Source: an uncultured Gammaproteobacteria bacterium
GTDB taxonomy: Bacteria; Patescibacteriota; Microgenomatia; Levybacterales; UBA12049
Reading direction: 5' to 3'
Length of the DNA stretch: 24,495 bases
NCBI GenBank assembly: GCA_964590985.1
Contig: CAZPZA010000001.1
Coordinates: forward strand, 1 to 24,495
Notes under the pieces: generated by a model
The model's input: only the letters and a program-made list of their open reading frames with translations
Told to the model about the DNA's origin: nothing
Databases searched by the model: none
Made by a program: the position numbers and the translations under genes
Part shown: positions 7,290 to 15,487 of the stretch, one piece after another
Layout of the letters: every line of letters starts with the position of its first letter
How positions within the stretch are numbered: position 1 is the first letter of the stretch

Positions 7290-7559
7290 CTATTTTGTCT
7301 CAAGCAGAAATGGCTCTTGTTTTTTAATTCTATTGTTATTTTTTAAGAATCCTGCAATATTTAATTCTTTTGGAAATATGCCAATTACCTCAAGGCTGAT
7401 TGCTCTACCTTGCCTATCTTTGATGATTACATCATTACTATAGGGAGAATCTACTTGATGAGAAGAATATGCTTTTTTAGGATCACCCCACCAGATATTA
7501 AGTGTGTTTGCTACAGGATCAAGATAAAGTTTTACTGTTCTTTTTGTTGCTTTAGCCAT
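7290..7559 (-). CDS. DUF2283-family protein (putative antitoxin)
   Basis: LYLDPVANTLNI and KDRQGRAISLEVI match the DUF2283 pattern; overlaps the upstream gene by 28 bp. Confidence 0.7.
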   Translation of the reverse strand: MAKATKRTVKLYLDPVANTLNIWWGDPKKAYSSHQVDSPYSNDVIIKDRQGRAISLEVIGIFPKELNIAGFLKNNNRIKKQEPFLLETK

Positions 7560-7882
7560 AGAAGCTCTCCCTTCTTTATATATTCTTTCGTTTGATAAAC
7601 AGTGACCAAAAAGCCTTCTCCGTTTAAGACTTTGACTGCAACGATAAGTATATCATATTTTGCAACCTTTTTGGCAAAGAGAATAACAGTTGGGTCTGTT
7701 ACACTTCTTCTTGCCTCTTCTGGATTTTTTAATGTTTTCTTGATTTCCTTAGTACCATAGCGCAACTCTCTGTGTTTTAATGTCTTAATTTTTAGCCAGT
7801 AATCCTTGGTTGTGCGGATCTTTCTACCAAAAATATCTTCAATCTCAAATAGAATTTCGTGCTTGATAATTTTTGTTGCCAC
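7532..7882 (-). CDS. Putative BECR/RelE-like ribonuclease toxin (DUF4258-like)
   Basis: 116-aa basic protein with W...KH, TLKNP and the C-terminal GFLVTVY strand; typical partner of DUF2283. Confidence 0.6.
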   Translation of the reverse strand: MATKIIKHEILFEIEDIFGRKIRTTKDYWLKIKTLKHRELRYGTKEIKKTLKNPEEARRSVTDPTVILFAKKVAKYDILIVAVKVLNGEGFLVTVYQTKEYIKKGELLWLKQQKEQ

Positions 7883-7888
7883 GAAGTT

Positions 7889-7917
7889 ATTGTAATGGCA
7901 TATCCTGTATTTTACAA
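7889..7917 (-). promoter_or_regulatory. Leaderless-type promoter of the toxin/DUF2283 pair
   Basis: TTGTAA (7917-7912), 17 nt, TACAAT (7894-7889), GTG 6 nt later. Confidence 0.65.
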
Positions 7918-7979
7918 GGCATTAGCTATTTAACTGTGGGCTGCGGTCGCAGGGGATAGTTAAATGCTGTTCTCAAAAT

Positions 7980-8036
7980 TACCGTTTCGTCGTATCTGTA
8001 CCGATCCCGTATCGGAAGTATGTCTACGAAGCGGTA
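7980..8036 (+). repeat. REP-like family A, full composite copy
   Basis: Core TCGTCGTATCTGTACCGATCCCGTATCGG (7987-8015) inside the outer stem TACCGTTTCGT/ACGAAGCGGTA. Confidence 0.9.
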
Positions 8037-8065
8037 TGAAGTGGAGTTGGTACCCTATCGATAAT

Positions 8066-8647
8066 CTAACCAGACATATCTAAAACCGATTTTAGAGCGA
8101 TTGGGAGTTTGGTTATACCGTAAGCTTTATTGAAATGACCCATGTTATGCTTAACAACAATTTTTGACCCAAGTTTATCCTTAAAATCGTCCTGATTGTC
8201 TAATGGTACATACGGGTCATTATCGGAAAAGATTGCAATACTTTTAGGAAGATGAGACTTAACTTTGTGTAAATCAAGAGGCGCTTCAAGCCAATGTCTG
8301 TCGGTTTCTGCAGCGCCTGGTTCATTTTCAAGCCCAGTTAATCTTTTAAAAAATCCAGCAACAAAAACAGCCCCTCCCACCAGCACATTCTTAGAAAGAG
8401 ATTCAAGATACCTCGCAATTGTTTGACATCCCAAGCTATGTCCAACAAAATAAGCTTGTTTGTTAGCAGTGCCGACCGCATTGGACAAAGCAGGAACCCA
8501 CTTGTAGATTCTTGGGTTATCTGCATCGGGGAGTTGGGGAACATAAACCTCAAAGCCTTTCTTTTCTAATTCTTTTTTGAGCCACGGAAACCAATTTTCT
8601 TTTGGATGCCCATCCCAACCATGCACTATAAAAACCGTCTTTTTCAC
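8066..8647 (-). CDS. Alpha/beta hydrolase, RBBP9/YdeN family
   Basis: VFIVHGW, nucleophile elbow GHSLG, SDNDPYV, GHF. The true start is probably GTG 8647; the ORF-track extension is translated tRNA. Confidence 0.9.
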   Translation of the reverse strand: MKKTVFIVHGWDGHPKENWFPWLKKELEKKGFEVYVPQLPDADNPRIYKWVPALSNAVGTANKQAYFVGHSLGCQTIARYLESLSKNVLVGGAVFVAGFFKRLTGLENEPGAAETDRHWLEAPLDLHKVKSHLPKSIAIFSDNDPYVPLDNQDDFKDKLGSKIVVKHNMGHFNKAYGITKLPIALKSVLDMSG

Positions 8648-8649
8648 AG

Positions 8650-8732
8650 TGGGCAAGGAGGGAGTCGAACCCTCACAGCCTTGCGACCAGTAGTTTTTGA
8701 GACTACCGCGTATACCATTCCGCCACTTGCCC
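8650..8732 (-). tRNA. tRNA-Leu(CAA), CCA not encoded
   Basis: GGGCAAG/CTTGCCC acceptor stem, GGAATGGTA D-loop, GTAGT-CTCAAAA-ACTAC anticodon arm, long variable arm, GAGGG-TTCGACT-CCCTC T-arm. Confidence 0.97.
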
Positions 8733-8762
8733 AAAAGCCTTGTTTATTATATACTTTCTTTT

Positions 8763-9725
8763 ATGACCATTCAAGAAATCTACGATTTAGCGGTTGCAAT
8801 GGGCGTAAAAGCCGATCCTAGGGGAGAGGAGGCAGTTAAAAATCTTCTTGCCCGCACCAAAAAAGACTATAGAGAATTGTCAGAAAAGAAAAAGAAATAT
8901 TTTGACAAAGAATCTTTTAAAAATCCTTATTCAGACTCTCGCATATTGGTTGGCAACCCAAAAATGGTTGTTAAAAAATTAATGGCTGGAATTGATGGCG
9001 ATGCGTCGGAAATACTCCTTGCGGATCGGCTAATTCAAAAAGGAGAAAGAATTGATTTGGTAATATCTCATCATCCAAGTGGACACGCTCTTGCGAGTCT
9101 ATATGAGGTTATGGATATCCAAATTGATCTTTTTGCAGAAGCAGGAGTTCCAGTAAATGTTGCCTCTGCGCTCTTTGAGGAAAGAAAGGCAGCGGTTCGA
9201 AGAAGACTTAATCCACTTAATCACACACAAAGCGTGGATGCTGCTAGGCTTCTGAATATTCCTCTTTTGGCTCTTCATACTATTTGGGATAATCTTGGTC
9301 ATAAATTTATGGAAAAGTATCTTACAAATAAAACTTTTGATACAGCTGGTGATGTTTTGGACTATATTAATGAAATACCGGAATTTCAAGAGGCAATAAG
9401 AGGGAAAAATAGTCCATTTATTGTTGCCGGATCCGAGAAGAGGAGGGCTGGAAAAGTGGTGATTGGTTTTACAGGAGGCACAAGCGCTTCAAAAGAGCTA
9501 TATTTAGAAATGGCAAAGGCAGGGGTTGGGACAATTGTTGAAATGCATGTACCAGAGGAATCGGTTCTTGAACTTAAAAAAGCTACTCACATAAATGTTA
9601 TTGACTGTGGACACATGGCAGCAGACTCTATTGGCGCTAATTTGTTTTTGGACGAGATTGAAAAGAGAAATATAGAAGTTGTTCCATGCTCTGGACTTAT
9701 ACGAGTTAGGAGATTTGATACATAA
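8763..9725 (+). CDS. NIF3 (NGG1p-interacting factor 3)-like protein
   Basis: MTIQEIYDLAV...DPRG, NPYSDSRIL, ISHHP, HTIWDN, VEMH, GHMAADSIG; start moved to ATG 8763 (TATACT 7 nt upstream). Confidence 0.8.
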   Translation: MTIQEIYDLAVAMGVKADPRGEEAVKNLLARTKKDYRELSEKKKKYFDKESFKNPYSDSRILVGNPKMVVKKLMAGIDGDASEILLADRLIQKGERIDLVISHHPSGHALASLYEVMDIQIDLFAEAGVPVNVASALFEERKAAVRRRLNPLNHTQSVDAARLLNIPLLALHTIWDNLGHKFMEKYLTNKTFDTAGDVLDYINEIPEFQEAIRGKNSPFIVAGSEKRRAGKVVIGFTGGTSASKELYLEMAKAGVGTIVEMHVPEESVLELKKATHINVIDCGHMAADSIGANLFLDEIEKRNIEVVPCSGLIRVRRFDT

Positions 9726-9741
9726 GTACCGTTTGAGTGCT

Positions 9742-9823
9742 CCATTGTTCTATTGCTTCATTGTTTAATTGTTCACTTGACAAAATGTCTTAGCAATTGA
9801 GCAATGTAACAATTTTACAATTT
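9742..9823. repeat. Inverted octamer arrays
   Basis: CCATTGTT CTATTGCT TCATTGTT TAATTGTT ... AGCAATTG AGCAATGT AACAATTT TACAATTT. Confidence 0.8.
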
Positions 9824-9894
9824 TTGCTATGATTTTTATAAATGATTTAAGGAGCCTCGAAACTTAAAGCTAGGAGAAGACATAGTAGATTAAT

Positions 9895-11148
9895 ATGAAC
9901 CTTTTCAAAAAGCATATAGTTGGCAACGACATAGTTAGCGTGCTTAAAATCCCTCCTTTTGCCTACATGATGCTTTCGGAATTCTTCGGACAACTAGCAT
10001 TTAACATGCAAAATTTTGTCCTTATATTTCTTATCTATCAGTTAACAGAGTCTAATACCGCTGTTTCTATACTTGTTTTGTCTTTTACTCTGCCTGCCAT
10101 TGCTTTTAGTTTGGTTTGTGGCGCTTATGTGGACAGATGGAATAAAAAAAGCGTTTTGTTTTATACCAATATAGCAAGAGGAATTCTTTTAATTCCACTT
10201 TTGTTATTTGGTTTTCATTTGGGACTTATTTATGTTTTAAGTTTTTTGATTGCTATTGCCACCCAATTTTTTCTTCCAGCAGAATCTGCCATAATCCCAA
10301 GCCTTGTCCCTAAAAAACTTATTTTATCGGCAAATGCTGTTTTTTCTTTAGGAATTTATAGCACAATTTTTGCTGGATATATTTTGGCAGGCCCAATACT
10401 TTTGCTTTTGGGAAAGACTAATGCTATTGCTGTTTTGATTTTTTTGTTTTTTGTAAGCACGCTTTTTATACTGGGAATAAAAGTTGCGAAGAAAGAGAGT
10501 ATAGGCAAGCCACAGTTTGGAGGCGCAACTCTTGGAGTATCTTTGTATAAAGAAATAAGAGAAGTGTTTCGTTTTATAAGAGCCGCAAGAAAAGTTACGC
10601 AATCTTTAATTGTTTTGACCATTGCTCAAGCTGTAATATTTACGTTTGCAGTTTTGGGCCCTGGTTACGTCGCAACCGTTCTTCATGTTCAAATAGAGAG
10701 TTTGTCTCTTATTCTTATAGCACCTGCTGGTGTCGGACTTGTTTTTGGAGCGTTTTTCCTAGGAAGTATAGGTAAAAAACACAAAGCAAAAAGTTTAGGA
10801 CTTGTTGGATTTATAACAGCAGGTTTGACATTTATTCTGTTTCCATCGGTTAAGAATTTTTTGCCTCAAGTTTTTGATACGCTCTATGTAGTAATTTTTC
10901 TGGCAGGTATTGTAGGCTTTGCAATATCCTTAATATTTGTTCCATCTCATGCTACAATCCAAATGGAAACAGACGACACATTGCGGGGAAGAATATATGG
11001 TCTTTTGAATGCGTTGATTGGGGCTGTGTCCTTTTTGCCAGTTATAATTGCCGGAGGACTTGCAGACGTTTTGGGTGTTGGTATTGTAATTACCCTTATT
11101 GGTGTTTTGATAATAATTGTAAGTGTGGCAATTTATTCGCTTAAGTAG
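9895..11148 (+). CDS. Major facilitator superfamily transporter (DHA3/MFS_3-like)
   Basis: About 12 hydrophobic helices; motif A GAYVDRWNKK, QFFLPAE, LRGRIYG. Confidence 0.9.
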   Translation: MNLFKKHIVGNDIVSVLKIPPFAYMMLSEFFGQLAFNMQNFVLIFLIYQLTESNTAVSILVLSFTLPAIAFSLVCGAYVDRWNKKSVLFYTNIARGILLIPLLLFGFHLGLIYVLSFLIAIATQFFLPAESAIIPSLVPKKLILSANAVFSLGIYSTIFAGYILAGPILLLLGKTNAIAVLIFLFFVSTLFILGIKVAKKESIGKPQFGGATLGVSLYKEIREVFRFIRAARKVTQSLIVLTIAQAVIFTFAVLGPGYVATVLHVQIESLSLILIAPAGVGLVFGAFFLGSIGKKHKAKSLGLVGFITAGLTFILFPSVKNFLPQVFDTLYVVIFLAGIVGFAISLIFVPSHATIQMETDDTLRGRIYGLLNALIGAVSFLPVIIAGGLADVLGVGIVITLIGVLIIIVSVAIYSLK

Positions 11149-11150
11149 TT

Positions 11151-11864
11151 ATGGAATTTTTTATTTTGGTTTTGTTGGTTTGCCTTTTGATATTTTTAGG
11201 CTCTCTTTATTTCTTGGCAAATGACGATCTTGTGTTGTTGCGGAAAGACACGTCTTTGGAGCGGGTTTTTGACATTGCATTGGTTATGGCGTTTAGTTCT
11301 TTGCTTTCGGCAAGAATTTTATATGTTATCCTTAATCCAAGCTCTGGTTTTTTAAATCCTTTGGTGTTTTTTTTGTTTCCTTATTTTCCTGGGCTTTCTT
11401 TAACTGGTGGGGTAGTAGGGGCATTGTTGGCATTTTTTTTGTTTTATGCCAGAGAATCAAAAGCACCAGTTGGTCGTTTGTTGGATTTTTTTTCTATTGC
11501 TTTTTTGGTCGCTTTGTCTGTGGGGCTTTTGGGTTTTGTAATTCTATCTTGGGGGCAAGAAGACACGTTTCCTATGATAGGATTAATTGTTGCATATATA
11601 GCCTTGTTGGCTGTTGTTATAAAATTTTATTTGCCCGAGATGTTAAGGGGCGAACTTAGAGATGGGACAATAACACTTATAATTTTATTATCATTTTCCG
11701 CAGTTTCCTTGCTTGCAAATTTTATACAAAAGCAGAAGATTGATTTTAGTATTGAAGAGTGGATTTTAATAGTCTTATTTTTATCCTCGCTTGCCCTTCT
11801 TGCCAAACAGCATAGGTTGCATTATAGGTTGATGGAGAAGGTTAGGGAAAAGCTTAAGAGATGA
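11151..11864 (+). CDS. Prolipoprotein diacylglyceryl transferase (Lgt)-like membrane protein, divergent
   Basis: ARILYVI, GLSLTGGVVG and RLLDFF resemble the Lgt N-half; the RxGNF and HPSQLYE motifs are not found. Confidence 0.6.
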   Translation: MEFFILVLLVCLLIFLGSLYFLANDDLVLLRKDTSLERVFDIALVMAFSSLLSARILYVILNPSSGFLNPLVFFLFPYFPGLSLTGGVVGALLAFFLFYARESKAPVGRLLDFFSIAFLVALSVGLLGFVILSWGQEDTFPMIGLIVAYIALLAVVIKFYLPEMLRGELRDGTITLIILLSFSAVSLLANFIQKQKIDFSIEEWILIVLFLSSLALLAKQHRLHYRLMEKVREKLKR

Positions 11865-11899
11865 TTATTATTGTAAATGGTTTTAGCAAAACTCCCACA

Positions 11900-11958
11900 T
11901 CGTCGTATCTGTACCGATCCCGTATCGGAGGTAATGGTTCGTATCGGAGGTAATGGTT
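11900..11958 (+). repeat. REP-like family A copy plus an adjacent 19-bp tandem duplication
   Basis: Core 11900-11928; CGTATCGGAGGTAATGGTT occurs at 11921-11939 and 11940-11958. Confidence 0.9.
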
Positions 11959-12079
11959 GCTTCCTTAAAGCATAGTTTTCAAAGTTCTTTTTGATAGTCT
12001 TATCGTCGGTTTTCTGTCTTGCTCTTGTGGTGCTGGCATAGTTTTGGAATTATATCTAATTCTATGAGATAATTCAAAA

Positions 12080-12868
12080 ATGGAACCAAGGATAATTTTT
12101 GAGGACAGTGAGATTTTGGTTTTGGATAAGCCGTCTGGGATGATTGTTAATAAGTCGGATACAACAAAAGGGGAGTACACGCTTCAAGATTGGGTAGAGA
12201 AGTATCTGAAAATCCGAAGCACGAAGCACGAAATCCGAAACAAATCCAAAATACAAAATTTAAATGCTCAAAACGATTTCGAATTTCGAGATTCTAATTT
12301 CGAATTTTCCAACAGAGCTGGAATTGTTCATAGATTGGATAAGGAGACTTCGGGAGTTCTTTTGGTAGCTAAAAATCTTGAGGCATTCACAAACTTGCAA
12401 AGGCAGTTTAAGGAAAGAAAAGTAAAAAAAACATATATTGCTTTGGTTCACGGAAAGGTAGAGCCGACAGAAGGGGAGATAAATGTAGCAGTTGGTAGAT
12501 TACCATGGAATAGGAAAAGGTTTGGAGTAGTAGCCGAGGGGAGGGAAGCTGTGACTAAGTATAAAGTATTAAGTATTAAGTATTATGTATTAGGGAATAA
12601 AAATGAACCATTGACGCTTCTTGAATTATATCCAGAAACAGGGAGAACACATCAGATAAGAGTGCATCTTAAGTATTTCAATCATCCAATTTTTGCCGAT
12701 CCCCTCTATGCTGGCAGAAAAACAGCAAGAAACGACAGAAAGTTTTTGCCCCGCATTTTTCTGCACGCGTCAAAAGTTTCATTTATGCATCCCAAGACCA
12801 AAGAGATGGTTGAATTTCAGAGCGCAGTACCAGATATATTGAGGCTATTTTTAAAACAGCTTTCTTGA
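12080..12868 (+). CDS. RluA/RluD-family 23S rRNA pseudouridine synthase without an S4 domain
   Basis: LDKPSG, HRLDKETSG (catalytic Asp), TGRTHQIRVH, HPIFADPLY, FLHA. Confidence 0.95.
   Translation: MEPRIIFEDSEILVLDKPSGMIVNKSDTTKGEYTLQDWVEKYLKIRSTKHEIRNKSKIQNLNAQNDFEFRDSNFEFSNRAGIVHRLDKETSGVLLVAKNLEAFTNLQRQFKERKVKKTYIALVHGKVEPTEGEINVAVGRLPWNRKRFGVVAEGREAVTKYKVLSIKYYVLGNKNEPLTLLELYPETGRTHQIRVHLKYFNHPIFADPLYAGRKTARNDRKFLPRIFLHASKVSFMHPKTKEMVEFQSAVPDILRLFLKQLS
12210..12307. repeat. In-frame inverted heptamer array within the RluA-family gene
   Basis: AAATCCG AAGCACG AAGCACG AAATCCG...AAAATAC AAAATTT...ATTTCGA ATTTCGA GATTCT AATTTCG; encodes KIRSTKHEIRNKSKIQNLNAQNDFEFRDSNFEF. Confidence 0.85.
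12557..12591. repeat. In-frame heptamer array AAGTATT x5 within the RluA-family gene
   Basis: AAGTATA AAGTATT AAGTATT AAGTATT ATGTATT; encodes KYKVLSIKYYVL. Confidence 0.85.
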
Positions 12869-12916
12869 TTATCTCGTAAAATGTTGATAATATTTGGAGT
12901 GTTGATGTCTTTTGGG

Positions 12917-13038
12917 GTCCGCCTGAACTTACCGTGAGGCTTTTCAGAACTGTTCGTTCACGCCTCACGGAGCGTTCTAAGGCGGACTTAAGAAGCTCTA
13001 AAACTCTCCTGCTAAGCGGGATAGTTAAGAGCTTCTAA
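12917..13038 (+). ncRNA. Candidate structured RNA or 5' leader with two long hairpins
   Basis: GTCCGCCT/AGGCGGAC, GAAC/GTTC and CCGTGAGGC/GCCTCACGG (12917-12987); then AGAAGCTCT/AGAGCTTCT with inner TCCTGC-TAA-GCGGGA, abutting the SD. Confidence 0.5.
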
Positions 13039-13051
13039 AGGAGGTGATTGT

Positions 13052-13195
13052 ATGGGAGCTTATGGAGGATTTTACAAGGGAGAAAGAAAAAAAAAGAAAA
13101 AAGAAGCTATAAAAACTGTTTCAACTTCTGGTCTTGGATCACCAACAGTTATCATGCCCGAAATAATCTCGAAGAAGAAGCCTTCAGGCAGCTAA
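13052..13195 (+). CDS. Small basic protein (47 aa), missed by the ORF track
   Basis: Perfect SD AAGGAGGTGA (13038-13047); MGAYGGFYKGERKKKKKEAIKTVSTSGLGSPTVIMPEIISKKKPSGS. Confidence 0.7.
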   Translation: MGAYGGFYKGERKKKKKEAIKTVSTSGLGSPTVIMPEIISKKKPSGS

Positions 13196-13213
13196 TATCA
13201 ATATCATCTGCCC

Positions 13214-14017
13214 ATGAAAAGAAAAAAGAAAAAAGATGCTGCGTCAAATATCAGACTTATTGTAGCTTTCTTCGTACTTGTTCTTGTTTTTATTGCAATT
13301 TCCTTAGTTTTTAAACTAGGAATTATACTCTCCAAGAGTATTTATGATGACTCTAATCGCTTTACAATTAAGATTGAGAACGGTAAGGACTTAAGGATTA
13401 TGTCGTTTTCGGGAAGATCGAAATTATTGTCTTTGCTTTACATCAAAGATGTTCAAGACATAAATATTAACAAACTTTTGGCAATTCCAATAGACGCTTC
13501 TATTGCAACCTCTTTTCGGATAAAAGAAGATAATATATCGGATTTAATAGCTAATCTTATTTTAAATTATGCCAAGTTAGAAACAAATCTTACCATCATA
13601 GATATGGCAAAAATTTATTTGTTTACTAAAACTGTGCCCACAAACAATCTTTCCTATAATAGCGTTTCTTTGTCTTGGGATAATAAAGCGATAGACAAAA
13701 TTATTAGCGAGTTGGTAAGAGACGAGGCAATCGAGAAAGAAAATTTAACTATAAAAGTCGTAAACTCTACAGACGTTGATGGTCTTGGCGGAAGACTTGC
13801 AAGACTTATTTCTAATATGGGGGGAAACGTAGTGCTCATAGAATCAGCTGATAAGACAGAACCCCAATCCACCATTTACTACTTCGGAGAAAAAAGCTAT
13901 ACGGTAGAAAAATTAGAAGAGATTTTAGGATACACGAGTAATAAGTTGGGGACAAGACCTATAACAGATGTAGTTTTGGTTATAGGAGAAGATGGTGAAA
14001 AGACCAATATCTTTTAG
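13214..14017 (+). CDS. Membrane-anchored protein with a LytR C-terminal (LytR_C) domain, LCP-like
   Basis: Basic N-terminus and TM helix; IKVVNSTDVDGLGGRLARLISNMG...DVVLVIGED. Confidence 0.8.
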   Translation: MKRKKKKDAASNIRLIVAFFVLVLVFIAISLVFKLGIILSKSIYDDSNRFTIKIENGKDLRIMSFSGRSKLLSLLYIKDVQDININKLLAIPIDASIATSFRIKEDNISDLIANLILNYAKLETNLTIIDMAKIYLFTKTVPTNNLSYNSVSLSWDNKAIDKIISELVRDEAIEKENLTIKVVNSTDVDGLGGRLARLISNMGGNVVLIESADKTEPQSTIYYFGEKSYTVEKLEEILGYTSNKLGTRPITDVVLVIGEDGEKTNIF

Positions 14018-14682
14018 TCATTGTGATCTTTTGGTTGACGTTTTTTTTCAAATTCTAAGCTGTAATCGTTTCCTTGAAGAAAAGAAGGTTGGTCTTTAAA
14101 CCTAGCTTTTCTTAACTCTTCTTTTATGAATATCACAACATAGTTGGTGGTTGCGGATTTCACATAAGCTTCATACTTATTTCCCCCTTTTACAAATTTA
14201 ATTAATCTTTTTCCTATATCGTCAGGAAGTGCGCCTATATATCGTTTATTTTGGTCCTGAAAGAATATCTTTGAGCGTTTTATAAAAATGCCAAGCGGTT
14301 GACCAACAGCCAGCGCAGCTATGACTTTTGAGGGGGCTACATTTATTAATTCCACTACTTTTGTTTTTCCGACTTCTTCTATAAAAGCATGATTAACAGG
14401 AATAGTATAAGTTTCGTTTTTTTTGCTTTGTCGAGAAGGTAGGTCTGATATGCGTTTTATGTTTTTAAGAGCTATAGGATTTAGAGGATCTATTTTCAAA
14501 ACTCTTTTGTAGAAAGATTTTGCTTTTTTGATATCTCCTTGTATTGCGTAAGCAAATGCTAAGCGATTTAGAGCTTCTATGTCGTGGGGGTTGTCATTTA
14601 TAATTGCTTTATTTATTTTGGTGGCATATAGCCAATCACCGTGGAGCGCTGTTTGGATCGCTTGATTTTTTGACGCAATCAT
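14014..14682 (-). CDS. TPR-containing protein
   Basis: TPR motifs (NPHDIEALNRLAFAY...A...YKRVLKIDPLNPIA); start moved to ATG 14682 because TTG 14706 overlaps the -10 box. Confidence 0.8.
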   Translation of the reverse strand: MIASKNQAIQTALHGDWLYATKINKAIINDNPHDIEALNRLAFAYAIQGDIKKAKSFYKRVLKIDPLNPIALKNIKRISDLPSRQSKKNETYTIPVNHAFIEEVGKTKVVELINVAPSKVIAALAVGQPLGIFIKRSKIFFQDQNKRYIGALPDDIGKRLIKFVKGGNKYEAYVKSATTNYVVIFIKEELRKARFKDQPSFLQGNDYSLEFEKKRQPKDHND

Positions 14683-14705
14683 TTGTGGCAATTTTGGTGA
14701 AATCA

Positions 14706-14750
14706 ATTTTACTACCTTTTATTGAAAAAGTCAACGGGGAAAAGTATAAT
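14706..14750. promoter_or_regulatory. Interleaved divergent sigma70 promoters
   Basis: Plus strand TTGAAA (14722-14727)-17-TATAAT (14745-14750); minus strand TTGACT (14734-14729)-17-TAAAAT (14711-14706). Confidence 0.75.
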
Positions 14751-14758
14751 GTACAAGT

Positions 14759-15487
14759 ATGAGTGGGCATTCCAAGTGGGCGACAATTAAAAGACAAAAA
14801 GGAGCGGCAGATATAAAAAAGGGTCAAATTTTTACAAAAATTGCAAACGCCATAACAATTGCCGTAAGAAATGGAGGAGGAGTTACAGATCCAGAGAGTA
14901 ATTTTAGGTTAAGACTAGCTATAGAAAAAGCTCGTGAGGTAAATATGCCAAAGGAAAATATCCAAAAGGCAATTGCAAGAGCATCAGGAGGCGATGCAAA
15001 GGGCTTGGAAGAAGTGATTTGTGAAGGGTTTACACCTGGTGGAGTAAGTGTAGTTATTGAGGCAGCAACAGATAATTCGAAGCGTACAACAAGCGAGATT
15101 AAAAATCTCTTTAGAAGCGTTGGGGGGACTTTTGGTCAACCGGGATCGGTGACGTATCAATTTAAGCAAGTTGGACAAATAGTTGTTAAAAAAGAGGGAA
15201 GAACACTAGATGAAATATTTGAGCAGGTTGTTGAATGCGGCGCAGAAGATTTAGAAGAGAAACAAGACTCAATGATTATTTATACCGATTATAAAGACGC
15301 TAGAAAAACAAGAGATTGCCTCCATGAAAAAGGCTTTAATATTGCAAGTGTTGAGATTATAAGGAAACCGCTTGTAGAAATGAGTGTTGATGATAAAGAT
15401 AAACTAAATAAAGCAATAGAATTATTGCAAAAATTAGAGGAATTGGATGATGTACAAAAAATTTATACAAATCTTAAGATTTACTAA
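14759..15487 (+). CDS. yebC: YebC/PmpR family protein
   Basis: MSGHSKWATIKRQKG, NFRLRLAIEKAR, MPKENI, TDNSKRT, LEELDDVQKIYTN. Confidence 0.97.
   Translation: MSGHSKWATIKRQKGAADIKKGQIFTKIANAITIAVRNGGGVTDPESNFRLRLAIEKAREVNMPKENIQKAIARASGGDAKGLEEVICEGFTPGGVSVVIEAATDNSKRTTSEIKNLFRSVGGTFGQPGSVTYQFKQVGQIVVKKEGRTLDEIFEQVVECGAEDLEEKQDSMIIYTDYKDARKTRDCLHEKGFNIASVEIIRKPLVEMSVDDKDKLNKAIELLQKLEELDDVQKIYTNLKIY

Noticed and set aside
7928-7965. ATTTAACT...AGTTAAAT hairpin as a XerD arm or dif site
   Set aside because: Only GTTAAAT matches and there is no XerC-like arm at the right spacing; more likely a terminator or REP-type hairpin.
8647-8763. ORF-track N-terminal extensions (8066-8734, 8697-9725) and similar ones at 1126, 4837, 14706 and 18261
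   Set aside because: The extensions translate tRNA, repeats or promoter DNA; downstream starts fit family N-termini and promoter spacing.
11861-12080. lspA or another small gene between the Lgt-like and RluA genes, including ORF 11965-12180 (-)
   Set aside because: All frames are short or lack starts, there are no LspA motifs, and the minus ORF is antisense to the RluA gene.
5502-12868. Alternative genetic code (TGA = Gly, code 25)
   Set aside because: dnaB and the RluA-family gene end in TGA at expected lengths and no conserved gene shows an internal TGA.
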